DNA of 64,000 bases. Origin: Diplonema japonicum (lineage: Eukaryota; Protista; Euglenozoa: Diplonemea). Shown here one piece after another: positions 34,366 to 45,298 of this stretch. The DNA is taken from positions 372,001 to 436,000 of the forward strand of contig OZ025700.1 of assembly GCA_964019335.1 (NCBI GenBank). Reading direction: 5' to 3'. The notes under the pieces were generated by a model. It was not told the DNA's origin and did no database searches. It worked only from the letters and a program-made list of their open reading frames with translations. The first letter of the stretch is position 1, and every line of letters begins with the position of its first letter. Made by a program: the position numbers and the translations under genes.

Positions 34366-34929
34366 CATCTCTGTTTCTTCCTGTCGGCTTTTTGTGACTG
34401 CCGTTGCCTGCTGCAACTGGGACACCTGCGTGGACAGCATATCTATTAAATCGTTTTTTTCGTCAATTGCTTTCTGTAAATCCTCGATGACGGTGAGCAG
34501 CTGTGCGACCTCCACCCTGCTCGAGGGGTCTTGTTGGATAACAGGGGGCTGCTGTTGTACTTGGTGAAGCGCCTCTTGAAGTTGTTGGTTCTGTTGCGAG
34601 GCGGTTTTCAGGTCTTCGCCCGTTTTTTTCAGTTTTCTGTGGTACTCGCTGACTACTTGCTTGTGTTTTTCCAGTAGGAAGATCTGTCCCTCCTCCAGAA
34701 CGCTCACGTTTTCCAGTGTCTCTTGCAGCTGTCTCTTCACAGTAAGGGTTTCTTCCCGGCTCCCTTCAAGCTCTCCCTTGAGCTGCATTTTATCTTTGCT
34801 CAGCTCCTCGACTTTCTGCGACAGCACCATCGGGTGCATGGCTGCCTGACCACCCGCATCATAGCTATTGGTATAAAGCTGCCCCATCGCAGTCATTTGG
34901 GGCATCATGTGCGTTGCATTCATGTTCAT
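33819..34929 (-). CDS. Coiled-coil protein with Pro-rich tail; join(34929..34366,34307..33819)
   Basis: Heptad-rich ORF; intron removal gives EETEM|DLQRTRIE. Confidence 0.82.
34308..34365 (-). other. Intron, 58 nt, poly(T)-filled
   Basis: GTATTTT...CCCCATAG; restores frame. Confidence 0.88.
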
Positions 34930-34984
34930 TCCTCTACGCGGACATTTTTTTTCTTTTGGATTTTCTGTTGCATGCCCCTCCCTT

Positions 34985-36619
34985 CTATATTGTTGGGTTT
35001 TTTTCTTCTTTTTTCCTTTCATATTTCATTCCACTCCACTCTCTCTTTTGCAGCAAGGGGGGGGGGGGAAGAAAAAAAAGAAAACATACCCTCTCAAACT
35101 CCAATGTGACCTCTATTTCGTGCTCTTTGTTGACCTCCTCAACTTCCTCGTCCTCTTCTTCATGTTCTTCGCTGTTGCTTTCTGCGGTCCCAAACACGGC
35201 CCTTTCAATATTTCTGTTCACAATACGCGACACATCGCTTCTCTATTTGGAGAGAAAAGGGGGTGGGAAATTTTTTTTACAAAAAAAAACTTTTTTTTTT
35301 TTTTTTTTAAATACCTGTTTAACGACCTCCCCATCGAGTTTCAACAATTTTCTGAACAAAAAATTTTGGATGCCCGAGTCGCTTCGTGTGAAGATGCCTC
35401 CTGGCGTCACGTTTTTGAGATACAATGGGCCGCTTACCGGGAAGACCAGTCCGAGACGGACGGTTGGGAGGCTCTTTTTTCCGTTCTGAGGGGGGATTTT
35501 CACGGTGGTGGAGCAGAATTTCGGTTGCGAAGTGAGCAGAGCATCTGAGGAGGGAAGCTGAGAAGTTTGGTAAGGAAGCACCAAACACGACGACACCAGC
35601 AAACTATACACGCAGGACGCCATGAAATAAAAAGCAAGCCCGACAAAACACACCGCGGCTATGTACTGAAACACCTCTTCTATCCCGTTACGTTGAATAC
35701 TACCACCGGACCCCGTCCGACCAAACATTTTCAAAATACCAGGAGGAACTTCATAACGTGACGGTATCGAAAAAACTGATTTTCTGACGAGAATTCTTAC
35801 CGAGCGGGTGCCGATTGCAAAACCCCAGAAAACGTTTGCAAAGCTTGCAAGGATGTAAAGGTACATGTTCCCGGGTCCGATGTCGATCCCAGCCCACCAG
35901 CTGTACCACGCTTTTCCAATTTGAACAGAATCAGGCAATCGGGGATCTTTCATTGTCATTTGAACCCGTTTTGCTACGGAAGAACATCGATGCGACGCCA
36001 ATAAAAAACAGGTGGTAAGCAAGGACATCACAAACGCAGCGTGGAAACTGTAAAAATTTTTAACCACGCCGAACCCGAACTTATACATTGGGTACATGTA
36101 GAATCCTGTTACAAACAAGATTTTTCCAAAAGAGTGTTTCATCGCTTCGGCATCGGCTGTTGTTTTGTATTTTTTCGACGTTCGCAGCCGAACTAGAAAG
36201 TACATCAAACCCATAGTTACGGGGACCAGGATTTTGTTGTTTTTTTGTGGGGTTTGATTTCTTCTTTGTAGTGCTGCGAACCGCATTGTCGGTTCGTGCA
36301 TTTTCAAATACGGATTCTCTATTGTGGGACTTGCTGGTGAGTCGTTGTTCTCAGTGTAGAATGTCGCACACAGTATCGCTGTTAATATTGTTGAAGCTGT
36401 CCAGAAATATAGTGTTTTTTTGCTGAAGCCGACTAATTTAGGAGCGCACCGTGCAATTAATCTGTGACCCCACCCGATGGTCACGGTGACCATCATTAAT
36501 ATCATTATATCCACCACTACCTCCTCGGGGCTCCCTGAGTTGGGAATAAGCACCATCCATGGACGGGATGCGTCGATTTTACCTGTTAGCCTTGAGATTC
36601 CTGCTGCGATGGAGTCCAT
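34985..36619 (-). CDS. Multi-pass membrane protein with acidic C-terminal tail; 3' end uncertain (a possible further intron 35089..34985 would end the gene at 34934)
   Basis: About 7 hydrophobic segments. Intron 35243-35314 gives VVKQ|RSDVSRIVNRN...EEHEEEDEEVEE. Confidence 0.75.
35243..35314 (-). other. Intron, 72 nt
   Basis: GTATTT...CCAAATAG; its TAG would otherwise terminate the ORF. Confidence 0.75.
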
Positions 36620-37718
36620 TTTTTTTTTTTATTTTTTTTTTTACCGCCTCTTTTTTTGTTTAATGGTTTTAAGTGATGGGGTATGGAGGGGGGAGAAAAA
36701 AAAAAAGAGGAGAGAAGAGAAACGAAGGAGAGAAGAGAGAGAGAGAGAGAAAAAAAAAAAGAAAACAAGAAAATAAAAAAAAAATATGAAAAAAAAAAAT
36801 GGAGGAAGGAAGTAAAAGAAAAAAAAAAGCGGAATATCTTATAGAAGAAAAAAAAAGGGAAGAAAAAAAAAGAAAAGAAGGTACATTTTTTATTTTTATT
36901 TTTTTTTTTATGCGTGGTAGTATTTGTTTTTTTTTTTTTGGTTTTTATATATAAAAAAAACCCCCCCGTTCCCCCGGAAAAAAAAAATCAAGAGGGAGAA
37001 AGAAAGAGAAAAGGGGTGTTCCTAGGAAAGGGCCAGAAGGAGTATATCAAATACACAAAAAAAAACTTGATAGTTGCAAGGCTGGTGGGCCAGTTTCTTT
37101 TATTCTTGTTTCCACCTTTTTTTTTTTTTCCCTTCCTATCAATGAAAAATCAAAATAGTTTGTTTTAAAAAAAAAAAAGAAACAAAAAAGAAAACCACTT
37201 TCTTTGATTTTTTTTTTATATTTGTCGCTCCCTCCTCCCATTGTTTTCCTGGTTCCCCCTTTTTGTTTCGCCCTTTTTTAACGTTCTCTTTTTCTTTTTT
37301 TTTAGTTGCTTTTCTTGTTTTTTTTTTGTCCATCCCTCTCCTCTCCTCTTTTTTTGTTGTGATCACGAAAACATTTTTTTTTAACTTATTGAACAAAGAA
37401 GAAAAAAAAAAAAGGTGTCATTGAAAAAAAAAGGAAACCAACAAGCTTCGAGAAAGAAAATACAATTTTTTTTATATAAAAAAAAAAAGGACCCCGTTTT
37501 AATCATCAATAAAATCTCCCCCTCCCCCCTCTTTTTTTTGTCAAATGAAAATAAAAAAAAAATCCCCACACGCAAAACTAAAAAAAAAAAAACACTTTTT
37601 TTTTTCAATTTCAAAAAATCTCTCCTCAAAAAAAAAAAAAAAAAAAAAAAAACTCACACACGCATAGTCACATTTTTTTTTTTTTTTTTTTTTTTCTTCA
37701 AATGCTCGTAAACGAAAA

Positions 37719-40571
37719 TCAAGCCGACTTGGCCTTGTCAGCGGCTTCCTGGTACGAAGAGATTTCGTTGAAGTTCAGGTAGCGGTAAGTGTCCTTGGCC
37801 TCCGAGGCGGGGATCTTCGACATGTACTCAAGGTACTCCTCCCTAGTCGGGATGCGTCCAAGGATGGCCGCAACAGCGGAGAGCTCAGCAGACGCAAGGA
37901 ACACGTTGGCACCCTTCCCGAGACGGTTGGGGAAATTCCTGGTGGAGGTCGACAGGACTGTAGCCTTGTCGTTGACACGGGCCTGGTTACCCATGCACAG
38001 GGAGCAACCGGGCATTTCAACCCTGGCACCGGACTTCCCGAAGGTGTGGTAGTAGCCCTCCTCGTTCAGCTGAGCAGCGTCCATCTTGGTGGGGGGAGCA
38101 ATCCACAACTTGGTGTTAAGCTTGCCCTCATGTTCCTCCAAGAGCTTACCAGCAGCCCTGAAGTGGCCAATGTTCGTCATGCACGATCCGATGAAGACCT
38201 CGTCAACAGGCGTTCCTGCCACGTCCGAGAGTGTCACAGCGTCGTCAGGGTCGTTGGGCGCGCACAGCACCGGCTCCTTCAGCTCGCTCATGTTGATCTC
38301 GATCACGTGCTTGTACTTGGCGTCCTTGTCCGCCTCCATCAGGTCGGGGGTGTCAATCCACTTCTCCATGGCCTCTGCCCTCCTCAGAAGCGTCCTTTCG
38401 TCGCCGTACCCCTGCTCCACCATCCAGCGGAGCATCACAACGTTCGACTTCAGGTACTCAATGATGGGCTCCTTGTTCAACTGTGAATGGGTTAATGTGA
38501 TTTTTTTTTTTTTTCCTTTTTTTTTTTTTTTTCTTTTTTCCCATACCTTGATGGTGCACCCTGCGGCAGACCTCTCCGCTGACGCGTCGGACAGCTCGAA
38601 TGCCTGCTCACACTTCAGGTCCTCCAGACCCTCAATTTCCAAAATCTGACCGCTGAACGCGTTCACCTTGCCCTTCTTAGGCACCGTCAGCAGACCGAGC
38701 TCGATAGCCTTCAGAGGGATGGCGTGCACCTGTGGTGTGTCTTTTTTTTTTTTTTTTTTTTTTAATTGAAAAATAGGGGGAACGTTACCAAGTCACGGAG
38801 GGTGATACCCTTCTGCATCTCACCGGTGAACTTCACAAGGATGGACTCAGGCATGTCCAGGGGGATCACACCAGTGGCGGCACCGAAGGCCACAAGACCA
38901 GACCTGTAGGAGAACAGTTTGTTTCATTCCCTCAAACAACAAATGCATACCCGGCGGGGAAGGAAATACCGATGGGGAACCTGGTGTGGGAGTCACCACC
39001 AGTTCCCACAGTGTCGGGCAGAAGCATCCTGTTGAGCCACGAGTGGATGATACCGTCACCGGGCTTCAGGGCCACACCACCCCTGGTCCTGATGAAGTCG
39101 GGAAGGCTGTGGTGCATGGCAACGTCGACGGGCTTAGGGTAAGCGGCAGTGTGGCAGAAGGACTGCATCACAAGGTCGGAAGAGAACCCAAGACAGGCAA
39201 GGTCCTTAAGCTCGTCCCTGGTCATGGGACCGGTGGTGTCCTGCGACCCGACGGTGGTCATGTGGGGCTCACAGTAGGTGCCAGGGAGGATACCGCCCTC
39301 AACACCGCACGCCTTGGCGACCATCTTCTGGGCAAGGGAGAATCCGCCGGTGTGGCCCTCGGGCACGGAGGGGGTACGGAACACGGTGGTGGGCGCAAGG
39401 CCAAGGAACTCACGAGCCCTCTTCGTCAGCCCCCTCCCGATGATGAGGGCAATACGGCCACCTGCACGCACCTCGTCGAGAAGGATGTCGGTCTTCAGCG
39501 AGAACTCGCTGATCTTCTCGTCGGCCCCGTGCCTCGTGATGTATCCTGCTGCGGGGTACACGTCAATGACGTCACCCATCTCAAGCTTAGAGACGTCGCA
39601 CTCGATGGGAAGGGCACCACTGTCCTCCATCGTGTTGAAGAAGATGGGGGCGATCTTGCCACCAAGGCACAGACCACCGGTCCTCTTGTTGGGGACGTTG
39701 GGGATGTCATCACCAATGTACCACAGCACGCTGTTGGTGGCGGACTTCCTCGACGAACCAGTCCCCACGACGTCCCCGACGTAGACAAGGGGGTGCCCCG
39801 CCTTCTTCAGGTCGGCAATCTGCGCAACGGGGCCGACCTCGTTGGCGTCGGGAACGATCCCGTCACGCTCGATCTTGAGCATGGCCCTGGCGTGGAGCTG
39901 TGCGTGTGTGACATGTGGTGTCATGTGCATACCGGGATGTCAGGCCTGCTCCAAGCATCAGGGGCGGGCGACAAGTCGTCAGTGTTGGTCTCGCCAGTCA
40001 CCTTGAACACGGTGTAGGTGGACTTCTCGGGAACATCAGGGCGCTCCAAGAACCACTCAGCGTTGGCCCAGGACTCGACAATCTCCTTTGCGTAGGAGTT
40101 GGTCTTCGACAGCTCGGCAACGTCGTGGAAGGCGTCGAAGACAAGGATGGTGTGCTTGAGGGCCTCGGTCGCGATGGGGGCAAGAGCCTCGTCGGACAGG
40201 AGCTCGATCAGGGTCGCCACGTTGTACCCACCCTGCATGGTACCGAGCAGCTTGGTGGCCTCCTCAGGGGTGAACATGGGGGACTCCACCTTACCCTTCG
40301 AAATGTCGGCCAAGAAGGCGGCCTTCACAAAGGCAGCCTCGTCCACACCAGGGGGGACACGGTCCGTCATCAGCGACCTGATCTGGTCCACCTCATCGGC
40401 AGGGGGGTTCTTGGCAAGCTCAACGACTTCAGCCACCTGCTTTGCGTTCAGGGGAGTAGGGGGAAGCCCAAGGGCCTCCCTCTCATTAATGTGCGTCTGG
40501 TACGCCTCGGCAAAGGCGCTGGCCCACCTGGCCTGCAGTGCCCTCTTTGCGGCTCTGGATGCGGTTTGCAT
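37719..40571 (-). CDS. acnB: Aconitate hydratase B (bacterial AcnB type) with predicted mitochondrial presequence; join(40571..39933,39897..38951,38903..38789,38729..38547,38480..37719)
   Basis: [99 protein letters not shown] and [12 protein letters not shown]. Confidence 0.97.
38481..38546 (-). other. Intron, 66 nt, in frame, poly(A)-rich
   Basis: GTATGG...TCACAG; removal gives conserved GCTIK|[10 protein letters not shown]. Confidence 0.93.
38730..38788 (-). other. Intron, 59 nt
   Basis: GTAACG...CCACAG; gives ITLRDL|VHAIP. Confidence 0.93.
38904..38950 (-). other. Intron, 47 nt
   Basis: GTATGC...CTACAG; gives SFPAG|SGLVAF. Confidence 0.93.
39898..39932 (-). other. Intron, 35 nt
   Basis: GTATGC...GCACAG; gives PDIP|LHARAML. 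Confidence 0.93.
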
Positions 40572-40722
40572 AGTTTATATCTTTAACAATAAGACCTACG
40601 GGATAGAATGGAGAGCAAGTAAAAAAATAGTAAGATGCAAAAACCAACACGCGCGACACAGATGGAAAAGAAAAGGGTGAAGCGTTGCAACACCCCACGA
40701 AAGACAATTAAAAAAAACAAGT

Positions 40723-42660
40723 CTAAGGTTTCGGGCTCCTCTGAGACGAAACCTCAAACTCGGTGCTGCTCCGTCTCTGGTCGACATGCCGCATGATCAT
40801 GCTGCCAAAGCCGCAGCCATAGGTGAGACTTTCGTTGCCGTGGCTGCCCGCGTCACTGAGGACTGACGAATCCTCGCGTTCCTCTATGAGCGGGAAAGGC
40901 TTGATGGAGGAAGTTCGACAGGTGCGGCTCACATCGAGCAACTGAGGATAAGGAAAGTCAGGCAGAGAAATGACATTGCAGCCCATCCGCGGATCCCTGT
41001 CCAACCCACTCGCAAGCCCCTTTAATACTTCGTCGAAAGTGTCCTCCACCGCAAGGTGCAGCTGGATAGTTGAAAGCATCGGCCATGTGCTCCTCTCCCC
41101 CTCCCGCAGCCCTTTATTTACGAACTCTTGCGACGGGTGCTTCAGAAAGTCAAACGCGAACCCCTGATACGCCCTCAGCTCCACATCTGCTTCCGCATCC
41201 TTCAGGAACATGTCCAACGACAGCAATTTCCTAACGGCCTTACCCAAGTACGGCACGCCCCTCATCAGCTTCAGCACTGAGTAGATTCTGTACTGCATTT
41301 CAGTATATATTTCTTCTTTTGCCCGTTCGAAGATTCTTCTCACAGCCGAAGAGGTGACCTCGTGTGCGACAGGAGATGCTGTTGTGTGGAAAGGCGAGAA
41401 CTGCGCACGTGCACGGATGATGCAGGTCACGTTGAACTGTTCCGAGAGGCGATTGATTGCGGTAGCCTCAGCCGTCTCATGGTGCGCGGAGTAGGCACAT
41501 GGAGAGAAAACCTCGATTTCACCTGTGCGAGTCTTACGCTGCAGGGAGTAGCCCCTCCACAGCCACGACCCAAAGAGGCCTTGTGAGATGGCGGCCACTG
41601 CAGCCGTTCTTACCAGCACGTCTGGTGCAGTGAGGTAGTTGGCGACCCATCTTGTCTCACCACTGCCGATAAGCGGCTGAGAGATGGTGTACCCTGTATG
41701 CGGCAGGGCTGTCTTGCACTCCCTCAGGTTGGAGATCACTATGTTAAGAACTTTCCCTGTCTTTTCGAAGGCTTCTTTGAAGGTGATGTCTCCAAGATGC
41801 TTCTCTGTGAACTCTGCGATAACCTCGATGTCCATCAGCGTCCCGGTCTCGATAAACCTGCGCGCCCTGCGTGCCATCTTCGCAACAACACCGCCCGGCT
41901 GTCTAGACTTCGCCATGAACGCTTCGAAGTCCAGCGACTGTGCTCGGGTAGGGTCTAGAAGCTTGTCGAGATCAGCCTCATCATTGCAGCATACGAAAGC
42001 AGCGATGATGGCAGCGGTACCGGCACCGCAGATGACCTTGGGAAGGAACCGCATGGAGTGAAGGAACCTGCACACGCCAAGATGGTACAAAGATAAGGAC
42101 TGCCCACCAGAGAGTAGCAGGGCTGTTTTCCCGTGCGACTTGAGACACTCGTTAAGGAAGTCGTACCTCTCGATGGTAGGAACGAAATTGCAGTCTGCAA
42201 TAATGTGAAGGGCTGTCTGGATGGCTTCTATGTAATCCTCGATTATCTTCTTAGTTCCGATCTTGTAACGGAAGGCCTGAGGGCGGCAAATACCGCAGGG
42301 CCCGCGGGCCAAGTCGGTTCTCAGGTGGGTCAAGAGCCGGTCGTAGGCATCGACCCCATCTTCCGACTCCGACGCCTTCAGGTCAGCCAGGAGTGCTTTG
42401 ATACCTTGTGTCCTGTGTCGGATCTCTGCATAGTCAAAGCACCCGTCGCTTGTGTTCTTCCTCCACGAATAGTACCCATAGCTGTTGCAGTACTCCATCG
42501 CGTGCTGGTACCATGCCTTGTAGCTCTCTGAATCTCGCATACCCTTCCACCATTTAGCCCTTTTCCCTACACCCCTGCCATCCCACACTATGCTCAACAC
42601 ACTACATAGCAAGAGCCACAGCTCTCGCAGCGTCCCCACTATAGCCTGCGCGAGACCCAT
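40723..42660 (-). CDS. Patatin-like TAG lipase homolog (SDP1/Tgl3-5 type), catalytic motifs degenerate
   Basis: SYKAWYQHA, GTKKIIEDYI, GKTALLLSGG, ITFKEAFEKTGKVLNI, NYLTAPDVLVRTA, RLSEQFNV and GERSTWP. Confidence 0.88.
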   Translation of the reverse strand: MGLAQAIVGTLRELWLLLCSVLSIVWDGRGVGKRAKWWKGMRDSESYKAWYQHAMEYCNSYGYYSWRKNTSDGCFDYAEIRHRTQGIKALLADLKASESEDGVDAYDRLLTHLRTDLARGPCGICRPQAFRYKIGTKKIIEDYIEAIQTALHIIADCNFVPTIERYDFLNECLKSHGKTALLLSGGQSLSLYHLGVCRFLHSMRFLPKVICGAGTAAIIAAFVCCNDEADLDKLLDPTRAQSLDFEAFMAKSRQPGGVVAKMARRARRFIETGTLMDIEVIAEFTEKHLGDITFKEAFEKTGKVLNIVISNLRECKTALPHTGYTISQPLIGSGETRWVANYLTAPDVLVRTAAVAAISQGLFGSWLWRGYSLQRKTRTGEIEVFSPCAYSAHHETAEATAINRLSEQFNVTCIIRARAQFSPFHTTASPVAHEVTSSAVRRIFERAKEEIYTEMQYRIYSVLKLMRGVPYLGKAVRKLLSLDMFLKDAEADVELRAYQGFAFDFLKHPSQEFVNKGLREGERSTWPMLSTIQLHLAVEDTFDEVLKGLASGLDRDPRMGCNVISLPDFPYPQLLDVSRTCRTSSIKPFPLIEEREDSSVLSDAGSHGNESLTYGCGFGSMIMRHVDQRRSSTEFEVSSQRSPKP

Positions 42661-42788
42661 GTTCCTAAGGTGAAATTAGTATGTAGAACATTAGAAGCAA
42701 AATAGCCCCATTTACACTAACTAGAAGAGCAGGATGTTGCGTAAAAGGTTAGTTAAGCAATGTCTCTTCTTATGTGTTAATCTCTTCT

Positions 42789-44066
42789 TTATGCACTGAT
42801 GGACAGCTCGAAGAGAAGGTTTTCTATCTTCTTCGTGTTGTTCTTCAAGGTCTCCAGCTTCTTCCCGAGCCTCCCATCATTGGGAAGCAAGGTGACCTGT
42901 TCTGTGATGGCGAGGGTGACGGCGAAGCAGTCCTCGACCCGCTGCACGTCCCTCTTCGTTGCATTGAGGACTGCATAGCGTCCGACCTCCCCTGTGAAGT
43001 CGATGAGGCCTCCGAGATACTCATCGATCTCCACAAGGGGGATGCTGGAGGGAGGTGGAACGCTCCCCGTCTCCATCCACACGAGGAAGATCATCGCCTC
43101 AGCAATCTCCTCAAGACAATCGGCGAACGACCCCGTTCGCAGTGCAGGTGTCTTCACCACGTACTCCTCGTGTGCCTTCTTCGCCACAGCCAGAGCCCCT
43201 TCCACCTGTTCCCTACCCTTCTTCAGCTCCCCGCGGTGCATCGTGAAGATGCTTTGCTTCGCCAGCTTCTGCGCTTCTCCCCTCCCGCTCCGCATCACCA
43301 TCTCCCTGTCCTTGTCGAAGGCCTCCACACGCCCCTGTACCTCCTTCATCTCTGCCAAATCCATCATTTCTGCAGACACACCGCTCGACCCTTCCTCCGC
43401 GTACTTCCTTGCCTCCCCTCCATCCCTCTTCGAGAGCTCGTAAAGGAGGTCCGTCAGACGCTTCACACTCCACTTCACGCTGTCATACTTGTGGCGAAGA
43501 GAGCCACCCCTGAAGTTGAACTCCATGAGTAGGGCGAGAACAGCAGCCCCGAGGTCCCGAGCGATCGCGACAGAACGCACGTCGCCGTGTGTGCCCCTGC
43601 GCATCCCGTAGGCTGCCAGGTCGGCCACGAAGTCGATAACCCCGACAAGGTACTCCGTGTCCTCCACCTCAAGCCCCACCTCCAGCTCCCCCTTCCTCAC
43701 CAGACGGCACTTCGAGTAGAACTCCAGCTGAGCCCGCAACCCCACCTGCTTCTCAACCAGCTTCGAGATCCGCCCATCCCGCCCGGGGTTCTTCTCCTTC
43801 AGCTCAGCCGGAAGCCCCGCCAACCCAGCCTCCACTTCTTCCACCAGCTGCCGTCCCTTCTCCACCTCCCCGTACCCAAGCATGTGGCTCGCTTGGCTCG
43901 CCTTCCTCGACAGCTCCTTGTAGTACTGGTGCACCTGTTCCCTTCTCCCTTCCTGCTCCAGAAGCTTCTGTCGCATCTCCTCAAACGCCTCCACAGGGAG
44001 CGGCGCAACCTTCGCTGACGGCGCCACAGGAGGGCAGGGAAGGACCTCGTAAGGTGTCATTTGCAT
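42789..44066 (-). CDS. Tandem two-domain translin-family protein, copy 1 (starts MQMTPYE)
   Basis: Two translin signatures: EYLVGVIDFVADLAAY...GSLRHKYDSVKWSVKRL and EYLGGLIDFTGEVGRY...LGKKLETLKNNTKKIE. Confidence 0.88.
   Translation of the reverse strand: MQMTPYEVLPCPPVAPSAKVAPLPVEAFEEMRQKLLEQEGRREQVHQYYKELSRKASQASHMLGYGEVEKGRQLVEEVEAGLAGLPAELKEKNPGRDGRISKLVEKQVGLRAQLEFYSKCRLVRKGELEVGLEVEDTEYLVGVIDFVADLAAYGMRRGTHGDVRSVAIARDLGAAVLALLMEFNFRGGSLRHKYDSVKWSVKRLTDLLYELSKRDGGEARKYAEEGSSGVSAEMMDLAEMKEVQGRVEAFDKDREMVMRSGRGEAQKLAKQSIFTMHRGELKKGREQVEGALAVAKKAHEEYVVKTPALRTGSFADCLEEIAEAMIFLVWMETGSVPPPSSIPLVEIDEYLGGLIDFTGEVGRYAVLNATKRDVQRVEDCFAVTLAITEQVTLLPNDGRLGKKLETLKNNTKKIENLLFELSISA
42797..44045. repeat. 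1.25-kb direct repeat, copy 1 (partner 51484..52732, offset 8687)
   Basis: Identical by inspection; the shadow ORFs inside both copies translate identically. Confidence 0.95.
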
Positions 44067-44188
44067 TGTGTGAGTGAGACTGTGAGCACCCTGTTTGCAC
44101 TTCGACCAACTGTAAACAAGCAAAATAAAAGAAAATATCTCGACTTCTATTCTTTTAAAAAAAAAAACGTGTAAATGACAACACGACT

Positions 44189-44222
44189 CCCCTACGAGTA
44201 CCCTACGAGTACCCCTTACGAG
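44189..44222. repeat. Short tandem repeat (CCCTACGAGTA) x about 3, overlapping the RING gene stop
   Basis: cccctacgagta ccctacgagta ccccttacgag. Confidence 0.8.
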
Positions 44223-45298
44223 ATGTCAACCTCGGTTACGAGGCCTTTCCAGAAAGGGTGCGAGGGGAAGGCGATGTGCAAGGTCTCTCCGTTGCGGGAG
44301 ATGACGGTACCTACCTCGCAGAAAGGAGGCTTGAGAGGGCCCCACGAGTAGAAGGGCTTGGTGAGCGCGGGCTTCAAAGCAACACGCGTGCCTGAGTAAA
44401 TAGAAACAGGTGGCAGCGGGTCAAGCTCCTTAACAAGACACCGCCAGCGTTTCTCCGAAGGAAAACAGACAAGAGCCTCGGGCCCCTCTACCGAGGCCAC
44501 TGTGCCAACGTCCGTGGCGCGAACCCTTCCCCATCCGTACTGAGGGCAGGCCACATCATGACACACCGACACACGAGCACCAACCTGCACACCGTAAGGG
44601 GGTGACAAATGCTCTCCACAGGAGAAGCAATATTCACATTCTGCCCCTGTGAGATAACCGCAGAATCGACACTTCCAAGACTCTACTTTTGTCAATAAAG
44701 AAAGGTCCCCGACCCATGTTGGTTGCGATGGGAAGGACACCTTAACACGGGAACCTTTGATTTTCTTTACAACACCAGGGTCTGGGTGGGCAGGGGTTGA
44801 CACGCTCACAAAGTCACCTGGCTTGCAATGCGGTAGGGCTTGGTTTCTGTGAGAAGTCGTGGGCGGCCGTAGTTTTTTTAAAACACTGTGAAACGTATCT
44901 ACATCAGGTTTTGTCATAGGAGATGGTGCACTCGACGCGAAGTTCGATTTCAACACAGTTTCGATGAGCGCCTTCGGCACCCGGTGCAGAGCGGACATGA
45001 CATCAACAACAAGATTGCGTTGCATGTCAGCACTCTGTCCGTTGATTTGCCGCCACCATCCTTCGAAGTCGGCTGTGAAATGTCTCATAGGTTCGACCCT
45101 GTCGAAAGGCTCTCCACAGATGCAGCATGACTGCTCCCTGTCCTTTAAGAATAACTGATAGCAACGGTCATGAACAAAGTGCCTGCAGGCTCGCATGTTA
45201 TGCTTCGTTCCCAGGCACACTTGGCTGTCGGCGAGGGCTTCTAAGCACACCACACATTCTTCAAACTCTAACTCCGCCGAGTGCTCGATAGTGTACAT
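44216..45298 (-). CDS. RING-finger protein with RanBP2-type zinc finger and KEG/Mind-bomb-type SH3 repeats (putative E3 ligase)
   Basis: CVVC...CRHFVHDRC...CCIC; WKCRFCGYLTGAECEYCFSCG; repeats PQYGWGRVRATDVGTV and PFYSWGPL...VGTV. Confidence 0.85.
   Translation of the reverse strand: MYTIEHSAELEFEECVVCLEALADSQVCLGTKHNMRACRHFVHDRCYQLFLKDREQSCCICGEPFDRVEPMRHFTADFEGWWRQINGQSADMQRNLVVDVMSALHRVPKALIETVLKSNFASSAPSPMTKPDVDTFHSVLKKLRPPTTSHRNQALPHCKPGDFVSVSTPAHPDPGVVKKIKGSRVKVSFPSQPTWVGDLSLLTKVESWKCRFCGYLTGAECEYCFSCGEHLSPPYGVQVGARVSVCHDVACPQYGWGRVRATDVGTVASVEGPEALVCFPSEKRWRCLVKELDPLPPVSIYSGTRVALKPALTKPFYSWGPLKPPFCEVGTVISRNGETLHIAFPSHPFWKGLVTEVDIS

Noticed and set aside
33819-36619. Fusion of the multi-pass membrane gene with the downstream coiled-coil gene
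   Set aside because: The GTATG donor at 35089 with the best acceptor (34985) leads to a stop at 34934; an in-frame join needs a weak GAG acceptor. Unresolved without RNA data.
5162-37711. Poly-Phe/poly-Lys ORFs in spacers and as N-terminal extensions (e.g. 18464, 24570, 30682 starts)
   Set aside because: These are translations of homopolymer tracts; the likely starts lie at downstream ATGs.
44189-44222. Telomere-like or regulatory role for the CCCTACGAGTA repeat
   Set aside because: It has only about 3 units and overlaps a stop codon; local slippage is the simplest explanation.
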